The translations under genes were made by a program, and so were the position numbers. Positions 20,527-34,877 of a DNA stretch of 64,000 nt are shown here, in pieces. The notes below the pieces were generated by a model. The model saw only the letters and a list, made by a program, of their open reading frames with translations. It was not told where the DNA came from and ran no database searches. The stretch is from Escherichia coli. GTDB taxonomy: Bacteria; Pseudomonadota; Gammaproteobacteria; Enterobacterales; Enterobacteriaceae. How positions within the stretch are numbered: position 1 is the stretch's first letter; each line of letters opens with the position of its first letter. Location: NCBI RefSeq assembly GCF_003334385.1, contig NZ_QOWN01000008.1; one strand, 5' to 3'.

Positions 20527-22368
20527 TCAACGCAGTACCATCAACAGTGCCAGCACCACGACCGCACCGATGCTCATGGATGCCACATACCAGCGCAGAT
20601 AGCCGTTCTCACTTAACAGCAGACCTTTACCTGCAAAGCGGGAAAGGACAGCCGGGATGTTCATCATTGAGTTCAGCGGATCGCGTTTCAGCAACCAGGC
20701 AATACCCAGGAACGGCTTGACGAACACTTTGTCATACAGCCAGTCAAATCCCCAGGCGTTGTACCACCAGGTGCCCAGCAGACGGCCCGGCGCACTGTTG
20801 GCGATGGAGGTCACCAGAGTACGTTTACCCAGCCACAGCCAGGCTGCCAGCAGAATGCCGACCACCGCGACCACGCCAGAGGTAATTTCCAGGGTCAACA
20901 TGCTGCCGTGCGCCAGTTCCGTCGTTTGCGGAAGCACGCCCTGCAGCGGCGGTACAATCAGTGCGCCAACGAAGGTGGAAAGGATCAGCAGCACAATCAG
21001 CGGCAGGCTGTGAGTTACCCCTTTCACGGCGTGAGCGTGAATTTGTTCTTTTCCGTGGAAGACGATGAAAATCATACGGAAGGTGTAGAGCGAGGTCATA
21101 AACGCACCGACCAGACCTGCCACCATCAGATTGATATGACCATTCGCCATCGCACCCGCGAGGATCTCATCCTTACTGAAGAAGCCCGCAGTGACCAGCG
21201 GTAGTGCCGACAGTGCTGCGCCGCCCACCAGGAAGCAGAGATAAACCAGCGGAATAGATTTACGCAGACCGCCCATCTTGAAGATGTTCTGTTCGTGATG
21301 GCAGGCCAGAATGACGGAACCGGATGCCAGGAACAGCAGCGCTTTAAAGAACGCGTGGGTCATCAAGTGGAAAATCGCCGCATCCCATGCCTGCACGCCA
21401 AGCGCGAGGAACATGTAGCCAATCTGGCTCATGGTAGAGTAAGCGAGAACACGTTTGATGTCGGTCTGTACCAGCGCGGCAAAACCGGCCAGCAGCAGCG
21501 TAACCGCCCCGACAATACCCACCAGATGCAGAACTTCCGGCGTCATCAGGAACAGGCCGTGGGTACGGGCGATCAGGTAGACACCCGCGGTTACCATGGT
21601 TGCGGCGTGGATCAGCGCGGAGACAGGCGTCGGACCCGCCATCGCGTCGGCAAGCCATGTCTGCAACGGCAACTGCGCAGATTTACCGACCGCACCGCCC
21701 AGCAGCATCAGCGTCGCCCACATCAGCATGTTATTGCCGTCAGCAAAGTGCGCTGGTGCCAGTTCCACCATTTCGCGGAAGTTCAGGGTGCCCAGTTCGT
21801 TGTAAAGAATGAACAGTGCGAAAGCGAGGAACACGTCACCCACACGGGTCACGACGAACGCTTTCATTGCCGCTGCGCCATTCTTCGGATCGGTGTAATA
21901 GAACCCGATCAGCAGATAGGAGCACAGGCCCACGCCTTCCCAGCCGAGGTACATCAGCAGCAGGTTGTCGGCAAGCACCAGAACCACCATGCTGGCGATG
22001 AACAGGTTGGTGTAAGCGAAGAAGCGAGAGTAGCCCTCTTCACCGCGCATATACCAGGAGGCGTACATGTGAATAAGGAAACCCACACCAGTGACCACCG
22101 AGAGCATGGTCAGCGACAGGCCGTCCAGCACCAGGTTAAAACCGATGTTAAAGTCGCCTACCGACATCCACGTCCACAGCGGCTGGCTGTATGTCTGCTC
22201 GCCGTTAGCGAAGAAATCAACGCCGATAAAGGCGGTTACCAGCGCCGCCAGGCCCACAGAGCCTACGCCGACGATCGCCGAGACGTTTTCAGACCAGCGC
22301 CCACGGGAGAATGCCAGCAGGACGAAGCCAATCAATGGCAAAATAATGGTTAAGGCAAGCATGTTCAT
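20527..22368 (-). CDS. nuoL: NADH:quinone oxidoreductase subunit L (613 aa)
   Basis: [28 protein letters not shown]...; 4-nt overlap with nuoK. Confidence 0.95.
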
Positions 22369-22667
22369 CCGCGCATCTCACTTACTGAATCGATGTTCAG
22401 GTTCTGGCGACGACGGTGAAGTTGCAGCAGCAGCGCAAGGCCGATACTCGCTTCTGCCGCCGCGAGGCTGATGGCGAGAATGTACATCACCTGACCGTCG
22501 GTCTGGCCCCAGTAGCTTCCGGCGACCACGAAGGCCAGCGCGGAGGCGTTAATCATGATTTCCAGACCAATCAACATAAACAGCAGATTGCGACGGATAA
22601 CCAGACCGGTTAAGCCAAGAACGAATAAGATTGCCGCGAGGATCAGTCCATGTTGTAAGGGGATCAT
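22365..22667 (-). CDS. nuoK: NADH:quinone oxidoreductase subunit K (100 aa)
   Basis: [41 protein letters not shown]... Confidence 0.95.
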
Positions 22668-23218
22668 GCGTGCTCCTCCGTTTTTCTTTTCGCGCTGTCG
22701 TCTTTACGATTGCTCAGCACTTCACCCGCACGCTCTTCACGACCGACGTGGAAGGCCACAACCAGACCTGCGAGCAGCAGCATAGAAGCCAGTTCCACCG
22801 CCAGTACGTAAGGCCCGAACAGCGTAATACCCACTGCTTTAGCACTGATTGGCGTACCGTCGATACCCTGATCGTTAACACCGAGGATGGCGTAAACAAT
22901 CACCACCAGCATGATGGCCGACAAAATTGCCGGACCAATCCACACCTGCGGTTTCAGCCACTGGCGTTCCTGTTCGATTTCTGAACCGCCCAGGTTGAGC
23001 ATCATCACCACGAACACGAACAGCACCATAATGGCACCCGCGTAGACGATAATTTCCAGCGCACCGGCGAAGTAAGCGCCCAGTGAGAAGAACACCCCGG
23101 AAATCGCCAGCAGCGAAATAATCAGGTACAGCAGTGCGTGTACCGGATTGGTATGGGTGATCACTCGCAAGGTCGCAAGTATGGCTATCAGGCCACAGAT
23201 ATAAAAAGCGAACTCCAT
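22664..23218 (-). CDS. nuoJ: NADH:quinone oxidoreductase subunit J (184 aa)
   Basis: [32 protein letters not shown]... Confidence 0.95.
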
Positions 23219-23229
23219 TGCCCCTCTCC

Positions 23230-23772
23230 TTACGGTAACAGGCTCTTGACGTCGATAGGCTTGGCTTCGTTCTCTGCTTCGCCCTTATCTTTGCCGTCGA
23301 TTGCCATACCTGCCATCCGGTAGAAGTTATATTCCGGGTATTTGCCCGGACCGGAGATCAGCAGATCCTCTTTCTCGTAAACCAGATCCTGGCGCTTGTA
23401 TTCCCCCATTTCGAAATCCGGGGTTAACTGAATCGCCGTGGTCGGACAGGCTTCTTCGCACAGACCACAGAAAATGCAGCGTGAGAAGTTGATGCGGAAA
23501 AATTCCGGGTACCAGCGACCGTCTTTGGTTTCTGCTTTTTGCAGCGAGATACAGCCGACCGGGCAGGCTACCGCGCAGAGGTTACAGGCTACGCAACGCT
23601 CTTCGCCGTCCGGGTCGCGGGTCAGAACGATACGACCACGATAACGGGGCGGCAGATAGACCGGCTCTTCCGGGTACATTCGCGTTTCGCGTTTGGCGAA
23701 CGCGTGCAGGCCGATCATCCAGATACTACGAACCTGGGTGCCGAAACCTACTAACAATTCTTTTAAGGTCAT
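23230..23772 (-). CDS. nuoI: NADH:quinone oxidoreductase subunit I, 2x[4Fe-4S] ferredoxin-like (180 aa)
   Basis: Two CxxCxxCxxxCP motifs ([21 protein letters not shown]). Confidence 0.95.
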
Positions 23773-23786
23773 GGTCTTATTGCCCC

Positions 23787-24764
23787 TTATTGCGCCTGCC
23801 AGAGAATGACAGCCGCCGTTACCAGCAAGTTGATCAGCGTCAGCGGCAGGCAGATTTTCCAGCCGAAGGACATTACCTGGTCATAACGCGGACGCGGTAA
23901 CGACGCACGAATCAAAATGAACATCATCATAAAGAACGCGGTTTTCAGCGCGAACCAGATGAATGGCGGTAACAACGGGCCTTGCCAGCCACCGAAGAAC
24001 AGCGTCACCATCAATGCAGAGATGGTCACAATCCCGATGTACTCACCCACGAAGAACAGACCGAACTTCATACCGGAATATTCAATGTGGTAACCATCCG
24101 CCAGTTCCTGCTCGGCTTCCGGCTGGTCAAACGGGTGACGGTGACATACCGCCACGCCCGCGATGGCAAAGGTAATAAAACCAAAGAATTGCGGGATAAC
24201 GTTCCACACATGCGCCTGGCTGTTGACGATGTCGGTCATGTTGAATGAACCGGCCTGCGCCACCACGCCCATCAAGGAAAGCCCGAGGAACACTTCGTAG
24301 CTCAGGGTCTGCGCAGAAGCACGCATCGCACCCAGCAACGAGTATTTGTTGTTACTTGACCAGCCCGCAAACAGCACCGCGTAAACCGCCAGACCTGCCA
24401 TCATCAGGAAGAACAAAATCCCGATGTTCAGGTCGGCAACCACCCAACCCGGACTGACTGGCACAATCGCAAAGGCCAGCAGCAGCGAGGTAAAGGCAAT
24501 CATCGGTGCCAGGGTAAAGATGACGCGATCCGAGAATTTCGGGATCCAGTCTTCTTTAAAGAACATTTTGATCATGTCCGCAACCAGCTGGAGCGAACCG
24601 CCCCAGCCAACACGGTTAGGTCCGTAACGGTTCTGGAACAGACCCAGCAGGCGACGTTCGCCAAAGCTCATGAATGCCCCGCAGGTGACAACCACCAGCA
24701 GGATCACCACCGCTTTGAGGATGGTCAGCAGGATCTCAATCAGTTCCGGTGATATCCAACTCAT
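23787..24764 (-). CDS. nuoH: NADH:quinone oxidoreductase subunit H (325 aa)
   Basis: [53 protein letters not shown]... Confidence 0.95.
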
Positions 24765-27487
24765 TGTTGTGCCTCCTTGAGATCCTCAAGATGCGCGCCA
24801 GCCAGCACCGGAGCAATGCCGGACATACCCATCGGCAAGCCCACCTGCCCTGCCGTCAGTCCTTCGGCGATTTCAACCGGCAGCGTGACCGTGTTGCCAT
24901 CGTAACTAAAGGAGACGCGTGTACCTGCGTTCACACCCAACTTCGCGGCATCCGCTGGGTTGAGTTTGATGTACGGCTGCGGCATACGGCTCTGGAAGAC
25001 CGGAGCACGCTGTGACAATTCATCGCTGCCAAACAGGTGGTAATACGGCGCGATACGCCATTTCCCGTCCTGCGGCTGGAAGCGTGCCGGTACGCTGGTG
25101 AAGTAATCCAGACCATTTTCGCTGGTTTCAAACAGACGCACGCCCGGATCGCCAAAGCGCAGTTTGCCGCCCACTTCGTCCTGGAATTTGTTCCACGCCT
25201 GCGGGGAGTTCCAGCCCGGCGCCCAGGCAAACGGCACTTGCGAACGGTGCGCAGTCGGCTGGTTGTTACCTTCCATCGAGAAGGTGAACATGGTGTCAAT
25301 ATCCTGCGGCTGACGCGGCTCATGAACGCTGATATTGGCGCGCATGGCGGTACGACCGCTGTAACGGTGCGGTTCACGGGCCAGTTTCTGCCCACGAATA
25401 CGGAATGTCGCATCCGGCGCAGCATCTTTGATACCTGCCAGTTCCGGGATTTTCGCCACAACAGCGTCAATCACATGGTCGAGCTGCGTCCAGTCCACTT
25501 CACGGCTCAGCAGGGTGCTGTGCAGCGAGTGTAACCAGCGCCAGCTTTCCAGCATGACAGTTTTGCTGTCGTAATAAGCAGGATCGTAAACCTGGAAGAA
25601 ACGTTGGGCGCGGCCTTCGTTGTTGATCACCGTACCGTCGCTTTCAGCAAAGCTGGCAGCAGAAAGTACCAGATGGGCGTTTTCCATAATCGCTGTGCGT
25701 TGATGATCAACCACCATCACCAGCGGTGCTTTAGCCAGCGCAGCATTCACGCGGATAGCAGAAGCGTGACGATGCAGATCGTTTTCCAACACCACCACCG
25801 CGTCGGCGCGTCCGGTTTCCAGTTCGGTTAACGCTTCTTCAAGCGAACCGCCACCCATAATGCCCAGCCCCATGCTGTTGACGGAACGGGCAATCATGGT
25901 GATACCGACGTCAGCGCCGCGACCTTTCAGGGCTTTCGCGACGTTAGCCGCCGCCTGAATCACCTCTAAGCTACCGGCGTTCGTCCCGGAGATAATCAAC
26001 GGTTTCTTCGCACCTGCCAGTGCCTGCACGATGACGTCGATTTTGCTTTGCAGCTCAGGTTCGATACCGTCAACCGCTGGTGCAGAGTTATCCAGCGCAT
26101 GGGCGATGGCAAAACCTAAACGCGCCTGATCTTCAACCGGTGCGCGGTAAGTCCACGCCGCGATATCATCCAGACGGGTGTCATCAACGTTGGTAACAAA
26201 CAGCGGATGCTTCGCACGTTGACCGATGTTGAGGATTGCCGCAATCTGCCAGTCAGCCACTTTCTGTGCTGCCGCCATTTCGCGCGCTTTACCTTTCACA
26301 GCCTGACGCACTGCCAGCGCGACGCGCGCGCCGGTCTGGGTAACGTCTTCGCCCAGCACCAGTACCGCATCGTAAGATTCGATTTCGCGCAGAGCCGGAG
26401 TATAAATGCCGCCTTCACGCAGCACTTTCAGCGCCAGTTGCAGACGTTCCTGCTCACCGTGAGCGATACCGGTGTAGAAGTTTTCTTCGCCCACCAGTTC
26501 ACGCAGCGCAAAGTTGCTTTCCACGCTGGCACGCGGAGAACCAATACCGATCACTTTCTTCGACTGACGCAGAATATCTGCCGCGCCCTGCATTGCCTGT
26601 TCGGCGTTGAGGGTAATGAAATCATCGCCACGACGCTGTACTGGCTGACGCGGACGATCCTTCAGGTTGACGTAACCGTAACCGAAACGACCACGGTCGC
26701 AGAGGAAGTAGTGGTTTACCGTACCGTTGTAACGGTTTTCGATACGACGCAGTTCGCCGTAACGTTCACCGGGGCTGATATTACAGCCGATGGAACATTG
26801 CTGGCAGATGCTCGGCGCAAACTGCATATCCCATTTACGGTTGTAACGCTCGGAGTGCGTTTTGTCGGTAAATACGCCGGTCGGGCAAATTTCGACCAGG
26901 TTACCGGAAAATTCGCTTTCCAGCGTGCCGTCTTCCGGGCGACCGAAGTAGACGTTGTCGTGCGCACCGTAAACGCCCAGATCTGTACCGTCAGCGTAAT
27001 CTTTGTAGTAACGCACACAGCGGTAGCAGGCGATGCAGCGGTTCATTTCGTGAGAGATGAATGGCCCCAAATCCTGATTACGGTGGGTACGTTTGGTGAA
27101 ACGGTAGCGACGGAAGCTGTGTCCGGTCATCACAGTCATATCCTGAAGATGGCAGTTACCGCCCTCTTCACATACCGGACAGTCGTGCGGGTGGTTGGTC
27201 ATCAACCACTCGACCACGCTTTCACGGAACTGTTTCGCTTCTTCGTCGTCAATGGAAATAAAGGTGCCATCGGAAGCCGGTGTCATACAGGACATCACCA
27301 GGCGACCACGCGTGTCTTCCGCGTTTTGGTATTGCTTCACCGCACACTGGCGGCAAGCACCGACACTTCCCAGCGCCGGATGCCAGCAAAAGTAAGGAAT
27401 ATCAAGGCCCAGAGACAGACAAGCTTCCAGCAGGTTGTCCGCTCCGTTGACCTCGTATTCTTTGCCGTCTACATGAATTGTAGCCAT
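24761..27487 (-). CDS. nuoG: NADH:quinone oxidoreductase subunit G (about 908 aa; track ORF has 2 extra N-terminal codons)
   Basis: [50 protein letters not shown]...; Fe-S cysteine clusters; 4-nt overlap with nuoH. Confidence 0.95.
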
Positions 27488-27539
27488 TAGCATGCTTCCA
27501 GTTTTCTCAGTCAGAGACTGAGCGTTAATCGAAATTCGG

Positions 27540-28877
27540 TTACCAGCGCTCTTTCAGCAGGTTCGGCTGAATCCCATTAATCAAATGAGTATTGCTGAAC
27601 GGCTGTTTGATTCCCGCCTCAAATTCTTCGCGGAAATATTTGATGGCGCTCTGTAACGGCTCCACTGCACCAGGTGCGTGGGCACAGAAAGTTTTACCCG
27701 GGCCTAAGAATCGACACAGTTGCTCAAGTGTTTCGATATCGCCCGGCTGACCTTCACCACGCTCCAGCGCACGCAGAATTTTCACGCTCCACGGCAGACC
27801 GTCGCGGCACGGCGTACACCAGCCGCAGGACTCACGGGCGAAAAACTCTTCCAGGTTACGCACCAGCGACACCATGTTGATCTCATGGTCAACCGCCATC
27901 GCCAGCGCCGTACCCAGACGGCTGCCCGCTTTACCGATACTTTCGAATTCCATCGGCAGATCAAGGTGCGCTTCGGTCAGGAAGTCAGTCCCCGCGCCGC
28001 CTGGCTGCCAGGCTTTAAATTTCAGACCATCACGCATACCACCGGCGTAATCTTCGAGGATCTCGCGTGCGGTGGTGCCGAACGGCAGTTCCCACAGTCC
28101 CGGATTTTTCACCCGACCGGAGAAGCCCATCAGCTTGGTGCCAGCATCTTTACTTTTCGAGATGTTCTGATACCACTCCACGCCGTTAGCGAGGATCGCC
28201 GGAACGTTACACAGGGTTTCGACGTTGTTGACACAGGTCGGTTTACCCCATGCGCCGGAGGTTGCCGGGAAGGGTGGCTTCGAGCGTGGGTTAGCACGAC
28301 GTCCTTCCAGGGAGTTGATTAACGCTGTTTCTTCCCCGCAGATGTAGCGCCCTGCCCCGGTATGGACGAACAGTTCGAAATCGAAACCTGTTCCCATAAT
28401 GTTTTTGCCAAGCAGACCCGCTTCGGTGGCTTCGGCAATGGCACGGCGCAGATTAACTGCCGCTTCGATATATTCGCCACGCAGGAAGATGTAGCCACGG
28501 TAAGCTTTCAGCGCAAACGCGGAGATGAGCATACCTTCCACCAGCAGGTGCGGCAGTTGCTCCATCAACAGGCGGTCTTTATAGGTGCCCGGCTCCATTT
28601 CATCGGCATTACACAGCAGGTAACGGATGTTCATGGATTCGTCTTTCGGCATCAGGCTCCATTTCAGGCCAGTCGAGAAGCCCGCGCCGCCGCGCCCTTT
28701 CAGACCAGCGTCTTTTACCTGATTAACGATTTCGTCCGGAGACAGCCCGGTCAGCGCCTTACGCGCGCCTTCGTAACCGTTTTTGCTGCGGTATTCGTCC
28801 AGCCACACTGGCTGTTTGTCATCGCGCAGACGCCAGGTCAGCGGATGCGTTTCGGGAGTACGGATAATGTTTTTCAT
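27540..28877 (-). CDS. nuoF: NADH:quinone oxidoreductase subunit F, NADH/FMN-binding (445 aa)
   Basis: Glycine-rich nucleotide-binding motif [10 protein letters not shown] and C-terminal Fe-S cysteines ([10 protein letters not shown]). Confidence 0.95.
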   Translation of the reverse strand: MKNIIRTPETHPLTWRLRDDKQPVWLDEYRSKNGYEGARKALTGLSPDEIVNQVKDAGLKGRGGAGFSTGLKWSLMPKDESMNIRYLLCNADEMEPGTYKDRLLMEQLPHLLVEGMLISAFALKAYRGYIFLRGEYIEAAVNLRRAIAEATEAGLLGKNIMGTGFDFELFVHTGAGRYICGEETALINSLEGRRANPRSKPPFPATSGAWGKPTCVNNVETLCNVPAILANGVEWYQNISKSKDAGTKLMGFSGRVKNPGLWELPFGTTAREILEDYAGGMRDGLKFKAWQPGGAGTDFLTEAHLDLPMEFESIGKAGSRLGTALAMAVDHEINMVSLVRNLEEFFARESCGWCTPCRDGLPWSVKILRALERGEGQPGDIETLEQLCRFLGPGKTFCAHAPGAVEPLQSAIKYFREEFEAGIKQPFSNTHLINGIQPNLLKERW

Positions 28878-29374
28878 TTATACCGCTCCAGCAGTTCAGG
28901 GATCGCTTCCGGGGTCAGATGCGCGTGAGTGTCCTCATCGATCATCATGTTTGGCCCTTTATCACAGTTCCCCAGGCAGCAAGTTGGCAGCAGCGTAAAG
29001 CGGCCATCAAATGTCGTTTGCCCTGGTTTGATGTTCAGCTTTTTCTCGAGCGCCGCCTGAATACCCTGATAACCGTTGATATGACAGACCACGCTGTCAC
29101 AATAACGGATCACATGGCGACCAACCGGCTGGCGGAAGATCTGACTGTAGAACGTTGCCACACCTTCGACGTCGCTTGCCGGAATACCCAGCACATCGGC
29201 GATCGCGTGGATCGCACCATCCGGCACCCAGCCACGCTGCTTCTGAACGATTTTCAGCGCTTCAATGGACGCCGCACGCGGGTCTTCGTAGTGGTGCATC
29301 TCGTGCTCGATCGCTTCACGCTCTGCCGCACTCAGCTCAAAAGCCTCGGTTTGTGGTTGTTGATTCTCGTGCAT
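28874..29374 (-). CDS. nuoE: NADH:quinone oxidoreductase subunit E, [2Fe-2S] (166 aa)
   Basis: [44 protein letters not shown]... Confidence 0.95.
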
Positions 29375-29376
29375 AA

Positions 29377-31179
29377 TTAGCGGTCCACATCTGACATAAC
29401 AAAATCGATACTGCCCAGATAAACAATCAGGTCAGACACCAGGCTGCCGCGGATCGCCGCCGGAATTTGCTGCAAATGCGCAAAGCTCGGGGTACGAACA
29501 CGGGTGCGGTAACTCATGGTGCTGCCGTCGCTGGTCAGGTAGTAACTGTTGATCCCTTTGGTCGCCTCAATCATCTGGAAAGATTCATTGGCAGGCATCA
29601 CCGGACCCCACGACACTTGCAGGAAGTGGGTGATCAGGGTTTCGATATGTTGCAGCGTGCGCTCTTTCGGCGGCGGCGTGGTCAGCGGGTGATCCGCTTT
29701 GAACGGGCCTTCCGGCATGTTGTTGAGGCACTGCTCAAGAATGCGCAGACTCTGGCGCAGCTCTTCCACTTTAAGCATTACGCGGGTGTAGCAGTCAGAA
29801 ACGCCACCACCCACCGGGATTTCAAAGTCGAAGTTTTCATAGCCAGAATAAGGACGCGCCTTACGCACGTCGAAGTCGATCCCGGTAGCACGCAGGCCCG
29901 CGCCAGTGGTGCCCCACTCCAGCGCCTCTTTCGCGCCATAGGCGGCAACGCCCTGGGAACGACCTTTCAGAATGGTGTTTTGCAGCGCCGCTTTCTCGTA
30001 AGACGCCAGACGTTTCGGCATCCAGTCGAGGAACTCACGCAGCAGGCGATCCCAGCCGCGCGGCAGGTCGTGCGCTACGCCGCCAATACGGAACCACGCC
30101 GGGTGCATACGGAAACCAGTGATTGCTTCCACCAGATCGTAAATTTTCTGACGATCGGTAAAGGCGAAGAACACTGGCGTCATTGCGCCGACGTCCTGAA
30201 TAAAGGTCGAGATATACAGCAGGTGACTGTTGATGCGGAACAGTTCGGAGAGCATAACGCGAATGACGTTAACGCGATCCGGCACGGTGATCCCGGCCAG
30301 TTTCTCTACCGCCAGCACGTAAGGCATTTCGTTAACGCAGCCGCCGAGGTATTCGATACGGTCAGTATACGGAATGTAGCTGTGCCAGGACTGGCGTTCG
30401 CCCATTTTCTCCGCACCACGGTGGTGGTAACCGATGTCTGGTACGCAGTCGACAATCTCTTCGCCATCGAGTTGCAAAACGATACGGAAAGCCCCGTGCG
30501 CCGACGGGTGGTTCGGACCGAGGTTGAGGAACATGAAGTCCTCGTTTTCGGTGCCGCGCTTCATCCCCCACTCTTCCGGTTTGAAGGTCAGGGCTTCCAT
30601 CTCCAGATCCTGTTTGGCTTTGGTCAGCTCAAACGGCGAGAATTCGGTAGCGCGCGCCGGATAATCTTTACGCAGCGGGTGACCTTTCCAGGTTTGCGGC
30701 ATCATGATGCGTCGCAGGTTCGGGTGACCGTCGAAAGTAATGCCAAACAGATCCCAGGTTTCACGCTCATACCAGTTAGCGTTCGGGAACAGTTTGGTGA
30801 AGGTCGGTACGTGCAGGTCGTTTTCTGCCAGCGCCACCTTCAGCATGATGTCGCGGTTACGATCGATAGAAATCAGATGGTAGAAAACGGAAAAATCCGC
30901 GGCAGGTAACCCTTCGCGGTGTGTGCGCAGACGTTCGTCCATGCCGTGTAAGTCAAACAGCATGACGTAAGGTTTCGGCAGTTTCTTTAAGAAATCGCCA
31001 ACTTCCAGTAATTGTTCACGCTTGATCCACACAACGGGAACCCCGGTGCGAGTCGCCTGAACAGTAAAGGCATCCGGCCCAAAACGGTTGCGCAGTTCGC
31101 CAATCACCGGATCATCAAGATGATCGCGGGTCTGCCAGGCGGGTTCTTGCGCGGTTAAGTCGGTCATATTGTTCACCAT
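29377..31179 (-). CDS. nuoC: NADH:quinone oxidoreductase fused subunit C/D (596-600 aa depending on start)
   Basis: Fused 30-kDa + 49-kDa subunit sequence typical of E. coli NuoCD; ORF opens [16 protein letters not shown]... Confidence 0.93.
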
Positions 31180-31272
31180 TGCAAATGGTCCGTGGTGACT
31201 GTCGGCGCAGTAAGCTTCGCGAAATAGATTTAGGAATAAGCGAAGAAAAATCCCTTTGCCGACAGGCGCAAA

Positions 31273-31935
31273 TTAAATCTCGTCAGGTGTACGCAGGTTA
31301 GTTACGGCAATGCGTTCACCGCGCTTGCGTTCGCGCTCTGATTGCATATTGGCGCGATAAACGCCCTGATCGCCAACCACCCAGGAGAGCGGACGACGTT
31401 CTTTGCCGATAGATTCCTGCAACAGCATCAGTGCCTGCATGTACGCTTCAGGACGCGGCGGGCAGCCCGGGATATACACATCAACCGGGATGAATTTATC
31501 GACGCCCTGCACAACGGAATAAATATCGTACATACCACCAGAGTTGGCACAGGCACCCATTGAGATAACCCATTTTGGTTCCAGCATCTGGTCATACAGA
31601 CGCTGAATAACCGGTGCCATTTTGGTAAAGCAGGTTCCTGCAACCACCATCAGGTCAGCCTGACGCGGCGAAGCACGCAATACTTCTGCGCCAAAACGCG
31701 CCACGTCATGCACCGCGGTAAACGAAGTCACCATCTCAACGTAACAGCAGGAAAGACCGAAGTTATACGGCCAAATTGAGTTTTTACGACCCCAGTTAAC
31801 CATGTCATTGAGCTTGCCCATAAACACGTTTTTGTTAACTTCTTGCTCCAGAGGGTCGGTTACGATCTCCTGCTTTTGCAGGGGGTAACGGTCGTTCTCA
31901 CCGTTGGGATCTATGCGGGTGAGCGTATAATCCAT
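31273..31935 (-). CDS. nuoB: NADH:quinone oxidoreductase subunit B (220 aa)
   Basis: [68 protein letters not shown]... Confidence 0.95.
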
Positions 31936-31950
31936 CTTAATGCCTCGCGG

Positions 31951-32394
31951 TTAGCGTTGACGATTAGCGATACTGTTCGTTTCCGGGTTCATACGCTCGC
32001 GGCGTGAACGCGCGGGCGTCCAGTCCAGCGCGCCAATACGCACCAGATAAACCAGACCTGCCAGTAACACAAAAATAAAAATTGCAGCTTCCACAAAGCC
32101 TACCCAGCCGCTTTCGCGGATAGAGGTTGACCATGCGAACAGATACAGCGCTTCAACGTCGAAGATAACGAAGAACATGGCCACCAGATAAAACTTGGCG
32201 GACAGGCGTAAGCGGGCGGAGCCGACCGAGTCGATACCGGATTCAAACGGCACGTTTTTCGACCTCGCGCGTGCGCGACCGCCTAAAAACCAACCGCCTA
32301 CCAGCATCAGGCAACACAGGCCAATGGCAACGATAAGAAAGATAGCGAATGCCCAGTGATGAGCGATGACTTCAGTGGATGTTGACATACTCAT
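31951..32394 (-). CDS. nuoA: NADH:quinone oxidoreductase subunit A (147 aa)
   Basis: [39 protein letters not shown]...; first gene of the operon. Confidence 0.95.
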
Positions 32395-32940
32395 TGCTTA
32401 CTCATCAAAAGTAGCGCCAGATTCACTGCTCTTCACGGCAGATGGACGCCACATCGATTCATGGGGAGGAATAAAAAAAACCTTACAATCACTGTAGAAA
32501 TTCTTTTATACAGCTAATTGATGTGGTTTTTTACTCCTTTCTATAACCTTTTGTCAACTTTAACAAAAGTTTCTTCACATTAGTTTACATAATATCAACA
32601 CCATTAGCATTTAATGCCCTTTCACCCCAGATCCTTGACGACTCCAGGATAATTAGATGTTGTTGAATCGTGTCCGTTGTGAAGCAATGGAAAAAATACG
32701 GGTCTATTTTGACAGGAATTTGTGTCGATTCCTCCCCCCAAAAGAGAGTATTTTCTTGATCTGTGACACGCTTTTGTCATTCCATAACAAAAACGCAGCA
32801 ACAAATTTACGTATTTTTTAACATCATTGTAGCAGGTGATTTTTTTCAGGCGATTATTTGTGCGTTCGGGACGTGAATCTCTGGTGGTTGAAAAATGAAC
32901 AGTTTTGTACGTTCTGCACTATGCGATGAAGGATTTTTAC
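32395..32940 (-). promoter_or_regulatory. nuo operon promoter/leader region (long AT-rich upstream region)
   Basis: About 0.55 kb noncoding, AT-rich, immediately upstream of nuoA; individual sites not resolved by eye. Confidence 0.5.
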
Positions 32941-32941
32941 T

Positions 32942-32998
32942 AAAAAAAAGCCGCTGGGGTTTAAAACACCCCCAGCGGCTCGTTTTTTACACTATTGT
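32942..32998 (-). terminator. Rho-independent terminator downstream of lrhA (symmetric, potentially bidirectional)
   Basis: aaaaaaaa-GCCGCTGGGG-tttaaaacac-CCCCAGCGGC-tcgtttttt: 10-bp GC-rich stem flanked by an A-run and a T-run. Confidence 0.65.
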
Positions 32999-33024
32999 CT
33001 CAGGAATTATCTATCGTCCGTCGA

Positions 33025-33966
<942 letters not shown>

Positions 33967-34877
33967 TTATCACTTACTGGCGGCTCATACTGAGCTGGTT
34001 AATGCTGTGCACACACAAACAAGCAATTCCATTTGTAATGTGCCTCCCTGGCAGTTTCATCCGGAACCCGGACGAAAGTAAAAATGCATATGAGTTGCAC
34101 TAAAAAAGCGACTCACATTGTTCCGTTATAATGCCTGAAGTAGATCACAGAATATATCTTCAGGGATCGCATATCTATTAAGTTACTCACTCTTTTCTAT
34201 TTATGACATGCGCGTGTTTGTATAAATGTAAATGTGAGTCCTTGTTCCACTCTCGTGCAGCATCGCTGGTCATACGCGAACACGTACCAACAGCAATGGT
34301 GAGGCGGCATCAAGAGCAGGGATCCGTCATTTATCCGAGCATTTTACCCCAAAAACCTTTTATTTATAAGGGTCATTGCGAATTATCTGATGCAAAGTTA
34401 TGTTAGGCAAAGTAATCTTCTATTATTAATAAGCACATCAAAACCTTTTTGAATATTAAATAATAATTAATTAGCATCATCCTCATTCATTAATTCCGCT
34501 TAACAATAGTTTCACACCTTGCCCCCATTGCGACACCTCGGAAATCATCACGCAGTTAAACTCTCCGTAATGAGGAAATATCATCATCGCGTTTCATTAG
34601 TGAATTCTTAAATGAGGCATTTTCACACTATTATCTTACAGATAAAAAAACCAGACCTACAATTAAGAATCAGAACAATTCACTATATAACATTGCATGT
34701 AAAGCATATACACCTCATTATTTTGTCATTATTAAGTTATTAACAGCACAATCGAGCCTTCCCCTCTGGCAAAATCTTATTCTGCAGACCTTCAAAACAC
34801 CGTCCTGGGGGAGTACATTGTTCTAAGCTGACTTCCACGGCAGGGAGTGGCGATAACAGCAAAAAAGGTCAAGATTC

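Noticed and set aside
21295-22353. 352-aa ORF on the + strand inside nuoL
   Set aside because: Antisense to a strongly supported, conserved nuoL reading frame; Arg/His/Gln-rich composition typical of spurious frames opposite GC-rich genes; no RBS context.
26207-27490. 427-aa ORF antisense to nuoG (and a 165-aa one at 25037-25534)
   Set aside because: Same reasoning: wholly embedded antisense to nuoG, low-complexity Thr/Val/Phe/Arg-rich, no independent signals.
29467-30909. 480-aa ORF antisense to nuoC
   Set aside because: Embedded antisense frame; composition artefact of a GC-rich gene.
34203-34406. 67-aa Cys/His-containing ORF in the lrhA-alaA intergenic region
   Set aside because: No Shine-Dalgarno, lies in AT-rich presumed promoter/leader DNA; kept only as part of the intergenic-region finding.
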